Position numbers and translations under genes: made by a program
The notes under the pieces: generated by a model
The model's input: only the letters and a program-made list of their open reading frames with translations
Told to the model about the DNA's origin: nothing
Databases searched by the model: none
NCBI RefSeq assembly: GCF_001194135.2
Contig: NC_068984.1
Coordinates: 127,297,226-127,361,225, forward strand
Origin: Octopus bimaculoides
Lineage: Eukaryota
DNA: 64,000 bases
Direction of reading: 5' to 3'
In this document: in pieces, positions 50,188 to 63,633 of the stretch
How positions within the stretch are numbered: position 1 is the stretch's first letter
How the letters are laid out: the number at the start of each line of letters is the position of its first letter

Positions 50188-50653
50188 CCCTTTCGTTACT
50201 AACCCGGCCGAAAAATTTGTTTGGTTCATAAGACCAACCCGGCCGTAGCCGGCCGAGAGTACCCATTGTTATTTAAATGTATATTTGAACCCAAATCTCG
50301 TTATAACATTCATTAAAACACCTGATTCCACTTTGCAAACAGTTCAGTTATTGTCTCCGACATTGTTGGCGTGATATTTGAAATCAGTGAATTTTGGAAG
50401 ATTTTTTCCACATTTTTTGAGGCGTTAATTTTTTTCAACTTTGAAGATGGAGAGGAGTTTCGTGCTATCAAGCAGTGATTCCGAATTTGAAGGTTTTTCA
50501 ACAGAAGATATCGAGATATCGAAGAAAAGAATGAATGAGCTACAAAAGCACGTGGTGAACGATAATGAGACTAGTCTAAATTCATGATTATTTTAGAATT
50601 TAATTGGAACTCATGAGGGGTGTATTTTGGTCAGAAATATAGTAACGAAAGGG
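50188..50653. mobile_element. TTAA-target (piggyBac-type) MITE, 466 bp
   Basis: TTAA at 50184-50187 and 50654-50657. Perfect 14-bp TIR ccctttcgttacta. Confidence 0.93.
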
Positions 50654-52140
50654 TTAAGGCTAGATATAGAGCGCATATGAGTTCGTTTTCAATGGAAAAA
50701 TACAGTAACTCTACCACACTCGCCTCTTATCTACATGGCCTCAAGAAGAAGATAAGGTACTCTCTTGAATGGTCTATTATAGCGAAGGCCCCATACTTTA
50801 AGGCAAATATTAGCAAATGTTCTTTACGTATTAGGGAATCCCTTGCGATTCTCAGGTCTTTTGGACCAAAAACCCCGAATAAGTTCACGGAGGTAGTCCC
50901 CTTCTGCAACTATAAGTTTTCCTCCACCTTCTTGAAACTGCATAGAGATAAAAATAAATTTAAAAGTAATAAATAATAACAAGTGTAATAGTTTACGTTA
51001 GGGTGAATTGAAACCTTGTAGATTGGTTTTGATACTGCAGCCTGTTTGGCTATTCTAAAATGGCACATTTTTTTTTTTTTTTTGAATCCTCCAATTATTT
51101 ACATAGGCTGGTCCATTTTGTTTATATATATTTGCTCTTTAGAGAAATCATTTTTTCTTTTCTCTTTGTGCATGTCGTGACGTTGTACGTGTGTTTACCT
51201 TGACGAGGGGGGTCATCACTAATTTACACTCTATTGTGTTTTGAAATACAGTGGTGCACTTCTGAAATGGCCATAGGTATTGTATGAAATTCGTGAAAGT
51301 GTTTTTACTGATGGATACCTGCGCTGTGCTGTAATTGTTTTTGACTCATCTGTGGTGAACCTTTTTTGACATGGTGAGCGGAATTGAACTTTGCCTGCTG
51401 ATACCTGCTGGGTGCCTGTTGTTCGCTCTTGTGTGTGCCGGATTGGTGCGAACTTGCCTTTTGGTATCTACTGGTTTTGAGGTGTGAAATGTGTCCGAGG
51501 GAATTGAAGAACTTTAATTCTAAGTGGTGTTAAATCACTTCTGACCTTGTTTTTTCAACCGATAGACTACTTTATGGTACCTCATTTATTCATGTCATTT
51601 TATTTTACTATATCGACTTATTTTATATTATATTATATTATATATTTGAAATTTTTACTCCTTCCGTATTAATTTTTATTCGTATTAATTTTAACTTTTT
51701 TATCTTCTATGAAATGATATTCACGTGTATTGCTTTATACCTTTAACTCAAATTTTTTCAGTTCCATGTTATCGGTTGAAACAAGATATTCGTGTATAAA
51801 AATTTTATACTATATGCTATATTTTTTATTTATTTATTATTTCTTCTTGCGTTATTTCTTCTTATTCCTTATGTTTGACGGATTATGCTGTATTTCTTAT
51901 ATATGTTCATTGAGCGGGTGTGATATGTTGAGTCGTTAACCCAGTCATTTTATTCTTGTCTCAGTTATTCTGAGCATTTCTCCTTGCAGCCCTGTATAAA
52001 ATCTATTGGTTTCCTAATAAGAAACCATTAATATAAATAAATATATATATATAATCATGTGGTGGGAAAGCTGACTCTTTATCACACAGCACCTCGATAA
52101 CTATTTTACAGTATACAAAGTATGTTACACAACATAACTA

Positions 52141-52732
52141 GGATCTATTTCAAAACGGGGGCACCAGTATTTTCTTAACGAAACGCTTTGAAACTTGGGA
52201 CACTGGTAGAATGTGTCGTGTAAAACATCTTTTACTCTTAGTCTTCTTAACAAAAAAACTTACATCGCAAGTTATTCCATGTTAAAGTTGTTGTATTTCT
52301 GTAATTTCAACCAATCACTGACGTCTATTCAGCTGAATAGAGTTACTGCTGGGCGGTCATAAAAATGTTATTCCCTGTGATATATTTCATCCGGTTTAAT
52401 CGTAATTTATACGCATATATTGTTTATATAATAAATTACGCTGTGCGTATCTATGTGTGTAACAATTTTAGAGTTCGGATTCTAGAGTTAGGGTTAGGGG
52501 ATTAATACGATATACACCGTTACAGCGCTGTTTTCAACTGAATAGACGTCACTGATTAGTAGAAATTATCGAAATAAGACAATTTTTTACATGAAATAAA
52601 TTCGAATACAAAAATTTTTTTCTGTTCTATAACACAAAATAGATAAGTATACAAAGTTTGAAAGTCTTTCGGTACCAAAAACACTACATAAAACATAAAT
52701 GAAAACTGGTGCCCCCGTTTTGAAATAGATCC
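52141..52732. mobile_element. Merlin-like non-autonomous DNA transposon, 592 bp
   Basis: Perfect 28-bp TIR ggatctatttcaaaacgggggcaccagt. 8-bp TSD cataacta at 52133-52140 and 52733-52740. GG..CC ends with an 8-bp TSD fit Merlin better than hAT. Confidence 0.85.
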
Positions 52733-55700
52733 CATAACTATCCTGTGATAAAGAAATTATGCAACACAAGATGCTGTCTTATGAAACATAAGTTATAATA
52801 GATGGTCCTCATGACCGGGAAATTAAATTTCTCTAACCAAACTGTCATATTTTACCTGCATACAGGCCTTCCCCATTAAACAGCTGAATTGAAGATATAC
52901 AGGTAGGTACCCATAGGTCTTGGTTGCTGTTCTTGTTAATTAGTAGTGGTCAATATATGCATGAAAGAGGGTTTGCACACATGGGCATGCACCACATGTT
53001 ATTTTGCTTTCCATTATTGCTTTATATAGCAAATGAACCATGGTGCATTAGTTTGTGTTTAAGGGAAATAATTTTTATGCATTTTTTAACAAACAAGTAT
53101 TCTAACTTTCCTTTAAATTATTGAGGTTGATTTTATCTATATAACTTTAGGATATACTAGAGTGAAAACACAAGGTCATACAAGAAGAGAAAAAGCTTAG
53201 CTATGGTGTCAAAAAGCTTTGCTTTGCAACTACATAGTTTTAATTCAGTCTCACTGCACAGCACCTTGGGCAAGTGTCTTCTACTATATCCTCAGGTCAA
53301 CCAATGCCTTATGTATGAATTTGGCAAAAGAAAAATGTGTGGAAGTCCATCATGTGTGTGTTTGTCCCCACCACTACTTGATAACTGGTGTTGGTTTGTT
53401 TATGTCCCTATAACTCAGAAGTTTGGCAAACATGACTGATAGAATAAGTACCAGACTGAAAACCTAGTACTGGGGTCAATTTGTTCAACTAAACCCTTCA
53501 TGGTGGTGCCCCAGCATAGCTGCAGTCCTATGACTATGGAGGTGCCCCAGCATGATCCACAGCTTCTAGCTGAAGCCTATAAAAGAATATACTGTATTAT
53601 TAAACACACATCATTTTGTTTCGTAGAGTTACTCTTATGTTCTCCCAGAATATCCAGTGACTTAAATATAAATCAATTATTAAATCTATTCTTTCAATTG
53701 ATGAATAACTCTCAATGAATTCTTCTTTGATTGAAAGTGGCCTATTCTTATGGTAGTATAAGAGTTAGGGGTTATCTAAAGTAATAAGTCATTCAGCTTT
53801 TAGCCCTCACTTTTAAAAAATTATCCATATATATCTTCCTTCAACAAATTATTGGATTATTTTTATCATCAAAATGAAAGAAACTATCCTTGAATATTTA
53901 AAAAATATAATCCATAGAGATTTATATTTAAATGTTAAAAAAAAGTTAGTATTTAAATAAATTTGTAAAGGCAAAATATCTATAAGATTCTGGAAAGAAG
54001 AAATCATTGAGAATTCATTTTTCTTTTCAGTTCCTTACAAAATAATATAATATAAAGTTAAAAGAAAATTTTGAATTCCAGATGTTGAGTTCTCTAAGAA
54101 GTTGCCATTAATTCTTCAATAAATAACAAAAAGATTGCTAAATAATTGATTTTACCACATTACACTTGTCAATTGAAACATAACTGAAGTATGCCAATTT
54201 TGGTGTTCTGAAGAACTGCCAAGACTACTTGCAAGTTTTGTTATAATACCCAATTAGATAACTAGAAAGTATTCTACCCAAAGCTAGGTAATATTTCAAA
54301 ATCCCATACAAATTCTAAGGATACAATAACATATTCTATTTAATATTTCTTTAAAAGACTTTCATTTCAGTATTTTTAAAGAGAACAATAAAAAGAAATT
54401 ACATTAAGCTTTTATATCTGCCACAGTTTCAATAGCCAAGGCAGGAACCAAGTTACTGTATTAACAATGCATTTGACGGTTTGATCTATAGCTTTCAGAA
54501 ATCTAAAAGAACAGAGGATTATATTCTGAATTCCCAACAGAAAAGATTAGTTACAGAATTACTGGTACTTTACGTAGCAAAGTAGAAGTATTTTAGTTTG
54601 TACAAGTAACTTGTATAAGAAAAGCGTGAGAATTTATAACTGGCAAGTGTAGGTTTTCCAAATTCCTCACCATTTATGTTCTGATGTGAAATGAGCTTTC
54701 CAGACTTCAGGTGATTAGAAATATTTCTAGAATGTCAAGAAAAGCCAAGTAGTGCCTATTGCTTTGAACTAGCAGAAGTAGGAATAGTTGATACTTGAAG
54801 ATGATTTAACTATTTCACAAGGACAGACTAGATCCAACCAAACTTTAGGGTAGATTAAATAAAATGTGGAATCTGATGAAACTCGTAAATGAACTGCAAT
54901 AGGTCAGCTAAAGTTTGTTTATATTTCAGAGAGTTACTTATACTGATTTGATAAGCCAACTTAAAATTGTAAACAGGTCTGGTTTAGAGAATATATCCTT
55001 TATGGCAGGTTACACTGTTACAGCAGCTAATGGTAAGGGTTTCTGCAACCGGTTACATATCTTCTTTGGTTACATACTTTATCCTACACTGCCAAGATCA
55101 GGTTTATATCAATGAAGTGCATAAATTACATAAATGGAAATGGAGAAGATGCAGGTGTGCAGTCAGTCACCTATTTATCAATGTTGCATTATGTCTACTC
55201 TGAAGGCTGTGGTTGCAGATTGGAGAGCAGAGGTATCTTGAAGAACTTGCAAACTCGTACAACATATAAGATTTGCAATAATGGCAGGTTGATAAGAAGG
55301 AATTTGTGAAGGAGTGTGGTCTGGCAGATAAGGTGTTGGACTCATGATCATAAGGTCATAAATTTGATTCCTGAGCTGGGTATCTCAAGCCTTTTCACAT
55401 GAAGATGAGAACTAGCCTAGTACTGGTGCAGTCCTTTTCTCCAGCTGTCACATCCTCATTGCAGTGCTGAGTCAAGGCTAGGGGAGCCAATAGGGTGTCT
55501 ACGATTGCTCATAAGCTACATAGGTACCTAAAATAATTAATGAAAGTATGATCCATACTACTAGGCCATACTCACTTGCAAGGGATAACTATGGTTTTTT
55601 TTCCTCTTAAAGAAGGAATTAATACAAGATGTTTTAATATTGGATGGATCAGAGGGTATTAAAGATTGTATGGTTTGTTAATTTTAAGTTTGTATAGAAT

Positions 55701-56364
55701 AGACTGAGGTCATAAATCCTAAACTTGCTCATTTACTGAAATAAATTCATAATATTGCATAGAAAAGAGCCAAGCAAAATAAATTTAATGGACAGTTAGT
55801 TACTCATAACTAGGGAAAGCCAAAAAATGTGTTTTCAATCAAAGAACACTAAACAGCTGACAGTTAAAATCTGATAGGTGAAAAACCAACGATAATATTG
55901 CAATATTATAATACTGGAATAATATTATTATGCAGAATTATATCTAACAAAATACAGTTGAAACCATTAATAAAAAAAGAAAATAACCAAAAGAGTTAAA
56001 TCACTGGAATGGTAAAAGGATGGCTTTAAACTGCTTTTATCAAGATATAAAGGAATGTAAAATTATATCACTCAGTGTAGAATATTAAATTGATAAAATT
56101 CATGTAAATCTCAACAAAATAGAGATAGTGAAAGGAATATTTTTAATCTCTCTTTCTAACACACAGAAACAAAATAATAATAATAAAATTTTAAATCATG
56201 ATATTTTTGAAAATAAAACTACACAGTTTGGGCTAACGTTTCTCTTCTAGAGCTCAAAACATATTTATTTTAGAGCACCCATCATACATGCTTACTTTTA
56301 ATATACAATATTAATGGTTTCCTAGCAGCAACATTTTATAAGACAGAAAAATCTGTTTCATTAA

Positions 56365-56562
56365 CCCTTTTACTGAGGAAAGCAGTTTTATATACCAATC
56401 TATCTTTTGTTGAGGAATGTTATATATAAAACTACTATTTGTTGAAATATGTCGAGTTTATTGAAGCAACATGACTTGCAGAAAATACCAATCCTATTTT
56501 TTGGGAGATATTTAACATCATTACTGGAATAACGATGCAATTTTATTTTTACAGTGAAAGGG
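56365..56562. mobile_element. TTAA-target (piggyBac-type) MITE, 198 bp
   Basis: TTAA at 56361-56364 and 56563-56566. TIRs cccttttactg / cagtgaaaggg (1 mismatch). Confidence 0.8.
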
Positions 56563-58003
56563 TTAAAGTTGACATAATGGATAAAAGTGGTTTTCATCCA
56601 AGTAAGAAATATACATATCTGACACAATGTGTTCCCAAAGTAGCTCATATATTTACCAAACCTATCAAATTTTCTATAAAAATATCTACTACTCCAAGCT
56701 GTGAAAAAATCCTAAAGTGTCTTCTAACAATCAGATTAGTGAACTCTGTGTTCCTTATTAGCAACTAACCACTGGTCCTCATTTCCAGTAACTCAAAGGT
56801 AATGGAAACTTGCATAAAGACAATCACCTTCATCTGCTTAAGAATCTTTTCCATCTTGTTAATATTTTTATATGGACTATCCAGTGTGCTAACCCTTCAA
56901 AATACAGAAAACTATTTATTTACTCTTGACATCAGCAAAGCATCTGATTGCAACCATTATGAGAATGCCCAAGTGAGACTGCTCATTATCATTTCATCAC
57001 TTGAATTGAAAGTTTTCCATCAAAAACTTCATTACAGTAAGTGCTAATAAAGACCTCCACAACCCACATTTTATTAGTTCTGATGTCTGTCAGGGTTTTG
57101 TTACGAATCCTACCCTTTGCTTTTACACTATCAATAACTTGCTTGCTGTGAACTCTAGTAGCCAATGTATGAAAACGTATGTGTATACGTACACATGTGG
57201 GTATATCCACAATCTGCCATACCACTCACAGCAATATTGAACAAATATAAATTGTATATAAAAGTACAGTTATGCATCTTATCATACTGATGCTAGTTTT
57301 CCTCATGAATATTCCACCATTTCCTTTTCACTTACTTTTTTTTTTTTTTCACTACTTCATTCCTTTCTTCCTGATCCAACCACCTTCTGTTAACCACCCT
57401 TCCTTTGTCATGACACTGCTTACTTTTATCATCTTTCTCTCTTGCCACCTTTTCTTTTTATCTACAGCTCAACTCGTGTTCAACATCCTCAACTGTTACA
57501 TATACTCTCTCTCTCTCTCTTTCACTACCTCTTTACCCTTTCTTCTCTCAATTCTCTTTTCATTCAAACAGTTTCCTTTTCCTTCCTGTAACAGACATGA
57601 GTACTTTGTTTTTTTCCTGTGATTTTATTTGTGGTTTTCAAAAAAAGTGGAAACATGTACATTTGTTTTTGTACATAGTTAAACACAACTTGTATGCATT
57701 TATATGCCTACATGTACACAGAGGCATGCGTAAGTGTTCTTGTTTTTAAGGTGTGCATTTATACGCGTACTTGTTTCTAAGTGTGTGCATACATGAGTAA
57801 ACATACACAGCAGTATATAAATATGGTACAAGAATGTGTGTATATGTGCATATACACATGTACGTGTAAAGGTACAAATGTTGATTTTTCCTATACCAAC
57901 AAAGAAGAATGATGTGAACATTTACAATAGATGTGTTTGAATACATATGTACAAATTCCCAGGAACGCATGGATGTGTAACTATGTATGCGTGAGTGTAT
58001 GTA

Positions 58004-58039
<36 letters not shown>

Positions 58040-58164
58040 GTACACTTATGAAAACATGTGCATGCATATGTGAGTGTATATAAGTATATTCAATTAATCA
58101 ATTATTTAATTATGTACAGATGTACTTTTATATGTAAGCAAGTCTCTGTATGTGTGTGTGTATG

Positions 58165-58208
<44 letters not shown>

Positions 58209-59384
58209 CATATATATATATATATATATANNNNNNNNNNNNNNNNNNNNNNNNNNNNNNNNNNNNNNNNNNNNNNNNNNNNNNNNNNNNNNNNNNNNNN
58301 NNNNNNNNNNNNNNNNNNNNNNNNNNNNNNNNNNNNNNNNNNNNNNNNNNNNNNNNNNNNNNNNNNNNNNNNNNNNNNNNNNNNNNNNNNNNNNNNNNNN
58401 NNNNNNNNNNNNNNNNNNNNNNNNNNNNNNNNTAATATAGGTAGTGTAACTAAATATATATACACATGCTCCATTTAGCTTTCCTAATTACTTATATCAG
58501 AATATTTTCAAAATTACATGCTATGATCACATCATAATAGTATTTTACAGAATATTGTACTGGCTTCCATGACAAAGCTATAAATATATCTTGTGGAAAT
58601 TTTGAATCACAATTTGAACAGTGCTTTCTCACAGAAAACTATATTCCTACATAACTAACCCCTGTAATATTTTCAGGTAATTATGTAACTTAACATCTTC
58701 TATGCTGGCATGGATCACACAGTTAGACAGGAGCTAGTAAACCAGAGGACTGTGCCACCCTTTTGATATGGTTTTTACAGCTGGATGCCCCTCCTAATGC
58801 CAACCACTGTACAGAATGGACTGATGTTTTTTTATGTAGCACCAGTACCAGCAAGATCACCAAGTAATTTGCAACATAAAGTCCCCTTAAATGAGAGAGG
58901 GAGTGGTATTGAGGAAGGTGGCTTTTGCCTGGTGATGAGGGGTTAGAGTATGACAGTGGTATAGAAACAAGTGTCTTGCTGTAGAGGATATACATGATTA
59001 CCCCAGTCAGGGAAGGAGATAGGGTTAAAGAGAGTGAGAGAAAGAGAGACGGTGGCAATGGACCAGGGCATACTCTTAAGGTACAAAGAGGTGAATATAA
59101 ATGGAATGGTAGAGGGGGGCAAAGCACTGAGTGGTATACACAGGTATATGGGAGGAGGGGTACAGATGACAGGATATATATATATATATATAAAATCTGA
59201 AGTGGCAGAAAAATAACAGTGAATCACTATGTGCAAAACAGAGGTCAATAAACAAATACAAGAATGAAACAATGCCCAAATTATAAGCATACCACTAAAA
59301 CTGAGTTATTACAGTTCTTGCCTGAAGATTATGGTGTTGTGAAACTTGAGTCACAAGAAAAACATTCAGTTTTAATAAACTGTA

Positions 59385-59810
59385 TATATGTGTGCTTAAT
59401 ATATACATACACACACACATACACATATAAAGATACACATATTCATACATATATATATATATACACACATATAAAGGCATACATATTTATATATATATAT
59501 ATATACACACATATAAGGACATACATATTCATATATATATATACATATAAAGACACATATATACATACATACACACATACATATATATACACACATATAC
59601 ATGCATACATACACACATATACATACAAACACACACACATATATATACACATATAAAGACCCACATATACATATATATATATATACACATATATATACAC
59701 ACATATATATACACATATATATACATACACACATGCGTGTATCCATATATACACACATATACATGCATACATATACACACATATACATACAAACACAAAC
59801 GCACACACTG
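59385..59810. repeat. Long compound (TA)/(CA) microsatellite; similar tracts at about 57950-58230 and 60770-60865
   Basis: Directly visible. It explains the YI/CV/HT-rich spurious ORFs. Confidence 0.95.
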
Positions 59811-62800
59811 TTATACAGTGCAGTTTAAATTCAAATTGCAAGGCAACAATATTTAGAACACCATGTGTATTTCTGTATATCTAAAGAGAAACTAGGAGGA
59901 GGAATCTCTATAAATCTCTGAAGAAATGAAGACCTAGCAAATTTACCTGCTCCAGATTGCATAATTCAGCCATAATCTTCACTGAAATATGCATAAGATG
60001 TAATTCATTAATTTATGATCCAACTTACCAGTTTTTGTTTTTTTTTACATGTACTCTGTGATTTTTCTAATTATGGATACAATTCATAAGAAAAATGAAT
60101 TATAATGTATAAATATTCTTCACAATTTTCTCTTGCAATGTATGATAAAATATGAATTTCTAAATACTGGTTATATATTATGCAATTTAAATTGCACTAT
60201 ACAAATATATACATACATACACATACACATTTATTTTCTGTATCTCTCTCTCCTCCACACATATATATATAAGAGAGATTCTGATTTACCAATATGATTA
60301 TTAAATTATAGCAAGTGAACATTGTTTTTTAATAGAACTGAAAACAAGCTTCTCTATAAGGGAGTTGAAAAGGGAATCAATTTTTGAACTTAAATAATTG
60401 GCATATACACTGTCTTGAATTATTTTCTATTGAGTTTTCTTTTTTTACAACATCAATAACCACTAGAGCTTGTTTTCAGTTCTATTATAAAACTCTGTTC
60501 ATGTTATAATTTAATAATCACAACAGTAAATCAGATTTTTAATTTCTTAAGTTTTGGCAGCAAGTCTGATATCTTTTGTAAATTGATTCACACTTAGACT
60601 GGGCAGGAATACTGTTCAAACATTCCCACTGCTATTCTTATATATAACTGGCCAACTGGAACACTGTTTATGAAATAGTAGTATATGCATTTCTCATTCT
60701 TTCTATGGTACCCTCAGATGATGCATTGACAAAGTTAAGCATTATTACTTCCACACTTGCAGAAAACACACATGCACATATATACATATGATATGTGTTT
60801 GTGTGTATGTATCTATACACACACATATGTGTATGTGTCTGAGTGTGTATGTATGTATGTATGTAGGTCATTGTTCAGTTTTATTTCAAGATTTTTTGCC
60901 AATAGAGAAAGAGCCAGTTTCTAACCTAGATCCAAGGCTCCTTCATTGGAATTTCATCATCAACAACAGGGTATTTTTGTTTATATGTATACACGCAGCT
61001 CTGTATGTTTTGTTTTATGTATGTATTCTCACGCATATGCTTGCATATCTAGACCTGCTCATATATACTTAAATGATAAACTCTTGGAAAGTTTTACAGT
61101 TCCAGTGATGGCTTGGATACTGGATCTTCAAATCAGCTTCCTCCTTTCTGGTTTGAGAAGCCCAATTTCTCAAGATTGGTATTTAGACAGTGTGTTACAT
61201 ATCCCAGTGCCCCAATAATTACAGGCATAAACCTAAACTTGTAATCTGGATAGAGCAACTGTAAATTTCTCAATAGTTCAGCATAGATAATATTTTTGAC
61301 TGATCCTTATGTTAACATGCACTGAGCAGCTGATTTTCACAACTGTACAGTTTGTTTATGTATGTATGTATGTACATATGTATGTATGTATGTATGTATA
61401 GTTCATAACTGAAAGAACAGTAACAGTGCCTATCATCTTTACAGGCCCCCCACACTGGTTAAATTTTTTTTCAGCTTGAACTTCTGTGGTTCCATGTTTG
61501 TAGGGAAAGATTTCTATAAAATTGCAGATTTGGGGATACAGGATTAGCTGAAATGATTACTATGAAACCTGATGGGAGAGATATAGTCTAAAGGGAGAGG
61601 AAGGTGCATTGGGTAAAAGACAGTTTGGAAAATGAAATAGCAACAAGTAGTCTATAAGCTGTACAAACAGAGAGAATACAATATCCCAGCAAAGAGAAGG
61701 TTTTTGCGTGTGTGTGTGTGTATGTGCATGTGCATGTGAGTGTAACAGTACAAAAGATTGTTGTGCACTGGACTTGATGTGTTGCATCTTATTTCTGAAT
61801 TTGATTCTCATTGATATTGATTCAAATTTATTTTGATTTAATCCCTCTTGGAAAGATAAATCAAGTACCCATAATACCCTTGGACTTATGTTATTACATT
61901 TTATCCAAGCTAATATTAAATATAGAGACTTTATAGTGCAATAATGTTTACATTAATTGAAAGTCTAGAAGCTGCACATTAAGGAGTGACACAACTAGTA
62001 TTGCATTGATTGATTTAAGAGAATTATGTCCTAGAACCATATTAGATTACTGCTCTCACATCTGGGACAAGAGTGTACTGCTGCTACATGTACAAACATC
62101 TGGCGCTGCACTGTACACTGCAACAGATACAAACATCTTGGCCTACATAATTTAGATAACCACTGATTCATTTACTGCAACCACTGCCCCACAGATGAGA
62201 TATTTCCTCTCTGGGCATCTTCGAATGCTCCTACAATGGCTTTTGCTTCTTGTACTGACTATCAATATACTTACTTCAGCCAACACACTTATCACTTTTC
62301 TTCTCATCACTATTGCATCTCTTGAATCTCCCACAAAATACTTTGTTTAATATATTATTATCCTGAATTGTAACCATTTAAAACTCCCTTTTTTCCTACA
62401 AACATCAACTGTTGTTCAAAGTGAACATCAGTTGCATTGTCTCCACCAATCTAGGCAAGCATGCAGAAGGTCAAGGGTACAAGCCCATCCTCCCTTGATA
62501 ATCTCAGAAAAACAAAAATATTTCCAACTTTAAAAAAGTCTTTAAAAGAAAAGTAATCAATGTGAAGAGTTTATTTCATTTGTTGCCATTCTGAGAGTGA
62601 CTGTTTCCTCACACGAGATTACAACTAAGTAGATAAAATACATTTGATGTAAATGTGTTGGAAAGTAAAATATTGATCATCTATTTGGTTGCTAGTAGTT
62701 ATGATATAACATGGAGCTTCTACTTTTCCCAGACACAACACAACTTACATATGAAAAACTGTTTTCATGCTTTCATGTTATTTTCAACAATTTATGCTTA

Positions 62801-63059
62801 GCCTGTTTACAGATAAAATTACTTATGAATCTTGCATATTAATGAATTCTTGAGAATTTTTTGTTTTCTTGTAATTTTTCCCCAGAAATTCTATTCCTGT
62901 CCAAGAACAATTTTTTTCCAGGTTGAAACTTATATTATGCTACTTTTATATTTTTGCTTTAAAAGTATTTAACTGGGTAAAATATTACTTAAAATAAAAC
63001 TGAGACTAACTACGTAGGCTACCTACTCCTTGACTTTTCTATCCTTGGTCTGTAGTCTT

Positions 63060-63560
63060 TTTATTAAGGGCACTGCTTGTGTGTTTTAGATATATATATT
63101 ACCACTCTCTCTCTTCCCTTTACACCGGCATGGTCACATGCTTCCGGTCAATAATCCTTTCCTTCCTTGGCTTTCGCCAAGCAACGCACGCACCACTTTG
63201 TCCCTCTCGGGTCTGTGCCTCATCGCGTTCATACACACATAATTTTTCTCGTCTGGCCATAAAGCCTTTTCTGTTTGTTTTCCAGTCTTGTTTTTTGTCC
63301 GCCACTACATTCCTCCATGGCTAGATTTAATTTGCGTACACAAATTTACTCTGCGATCCATGAGACGAGCCGTTTTAGCGATGCGTCCTGCCCAAGCTCG
63401 TCGAAACGCCAGTGTTAAAACGTGGGTGGCTGATGAAGGAGAATGTTCTCTATGTGGCTCGTGTGTTCTCGTCTACGTTTGTTTGCAATGTCCTGTACCC
63501 GGATATGCACCTATACATACAGGTGGATGTCGGTATGCACATACCTGTACGTATATATGC
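63060..63560 (+). mobile_element. CpG-rich segment, probably the tail of a young Penelope-like or other repeat (a promoter is not excluded)
   Basis: Contains hammerhead-like pieces (..ATGA-GACGAGC..GCTCGTC-GAAA; CTGATGAAGG) and ends in (TA)n. No AP1AR start (MGNC-like) was found here. Confidence 0.35.
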
Positions 63561-63582
63561 ATATACTCATTTACTATTTGTT

Positions 63583-63633
<51 letters not shown>

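Larger units (their letters stand above)
47986..50976 (+). pseudogene. Interrupted GIY-YIG endonuclease ORF of a Penelope-like element
   Basis: The joined pieces read CNCRDPLLCPLGGLCLCTNVIYKCTVRDENKLNRFY-IGSTKNF-KARYRAHMSSFSMEKYSNSTTLASYLHGLKKKIRYSLEWSIIAKAPYF... with no stop (555 nt including TAA). Confidence 0.85.
47890..51957 (+). mobile_element. 5'-truncated Penelope-like element (GIY-YIG endonuclease end plus 3' UTR) with an inverted terminal copy and nested insertions
   Basis: Endonuclease pieces at 47986-48199, 50166-50187 and 50658-50976. 87-bp inverted copies at 47890-47976 and 51871-51957. The 3' boundary is approximate. Confidence 0.8.

Noticed and set aside
52488-52499. (TTAGGG)2
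   Set aside because: Only two units inside a MITE; not evidence of an interstitial telomere.
54671-54726. Minus-strand segment with good acceptor and GTGAG donor
   Set aside because: Its phase 2-to-1 frame does not fit AP1AR, it has no homology, and it appears to lie in old LINE RT debris.
57700-59841. Many YI/CV/HT-rich ORFs
   Set aside because: They are translations of dinucleotide microsatellites.
59947-59981. Exon-like 35-nt segment (KIMAELCNLEQ)
   Set aside because: No similarity to gadkin and no linked partner exon.
62273-62340. Strong GTAAGT donor with the frame YFVGDSRDAIV...
   Set aside because: The acceptor is weak and the resemblance to human exon 2 is limited to two residues.
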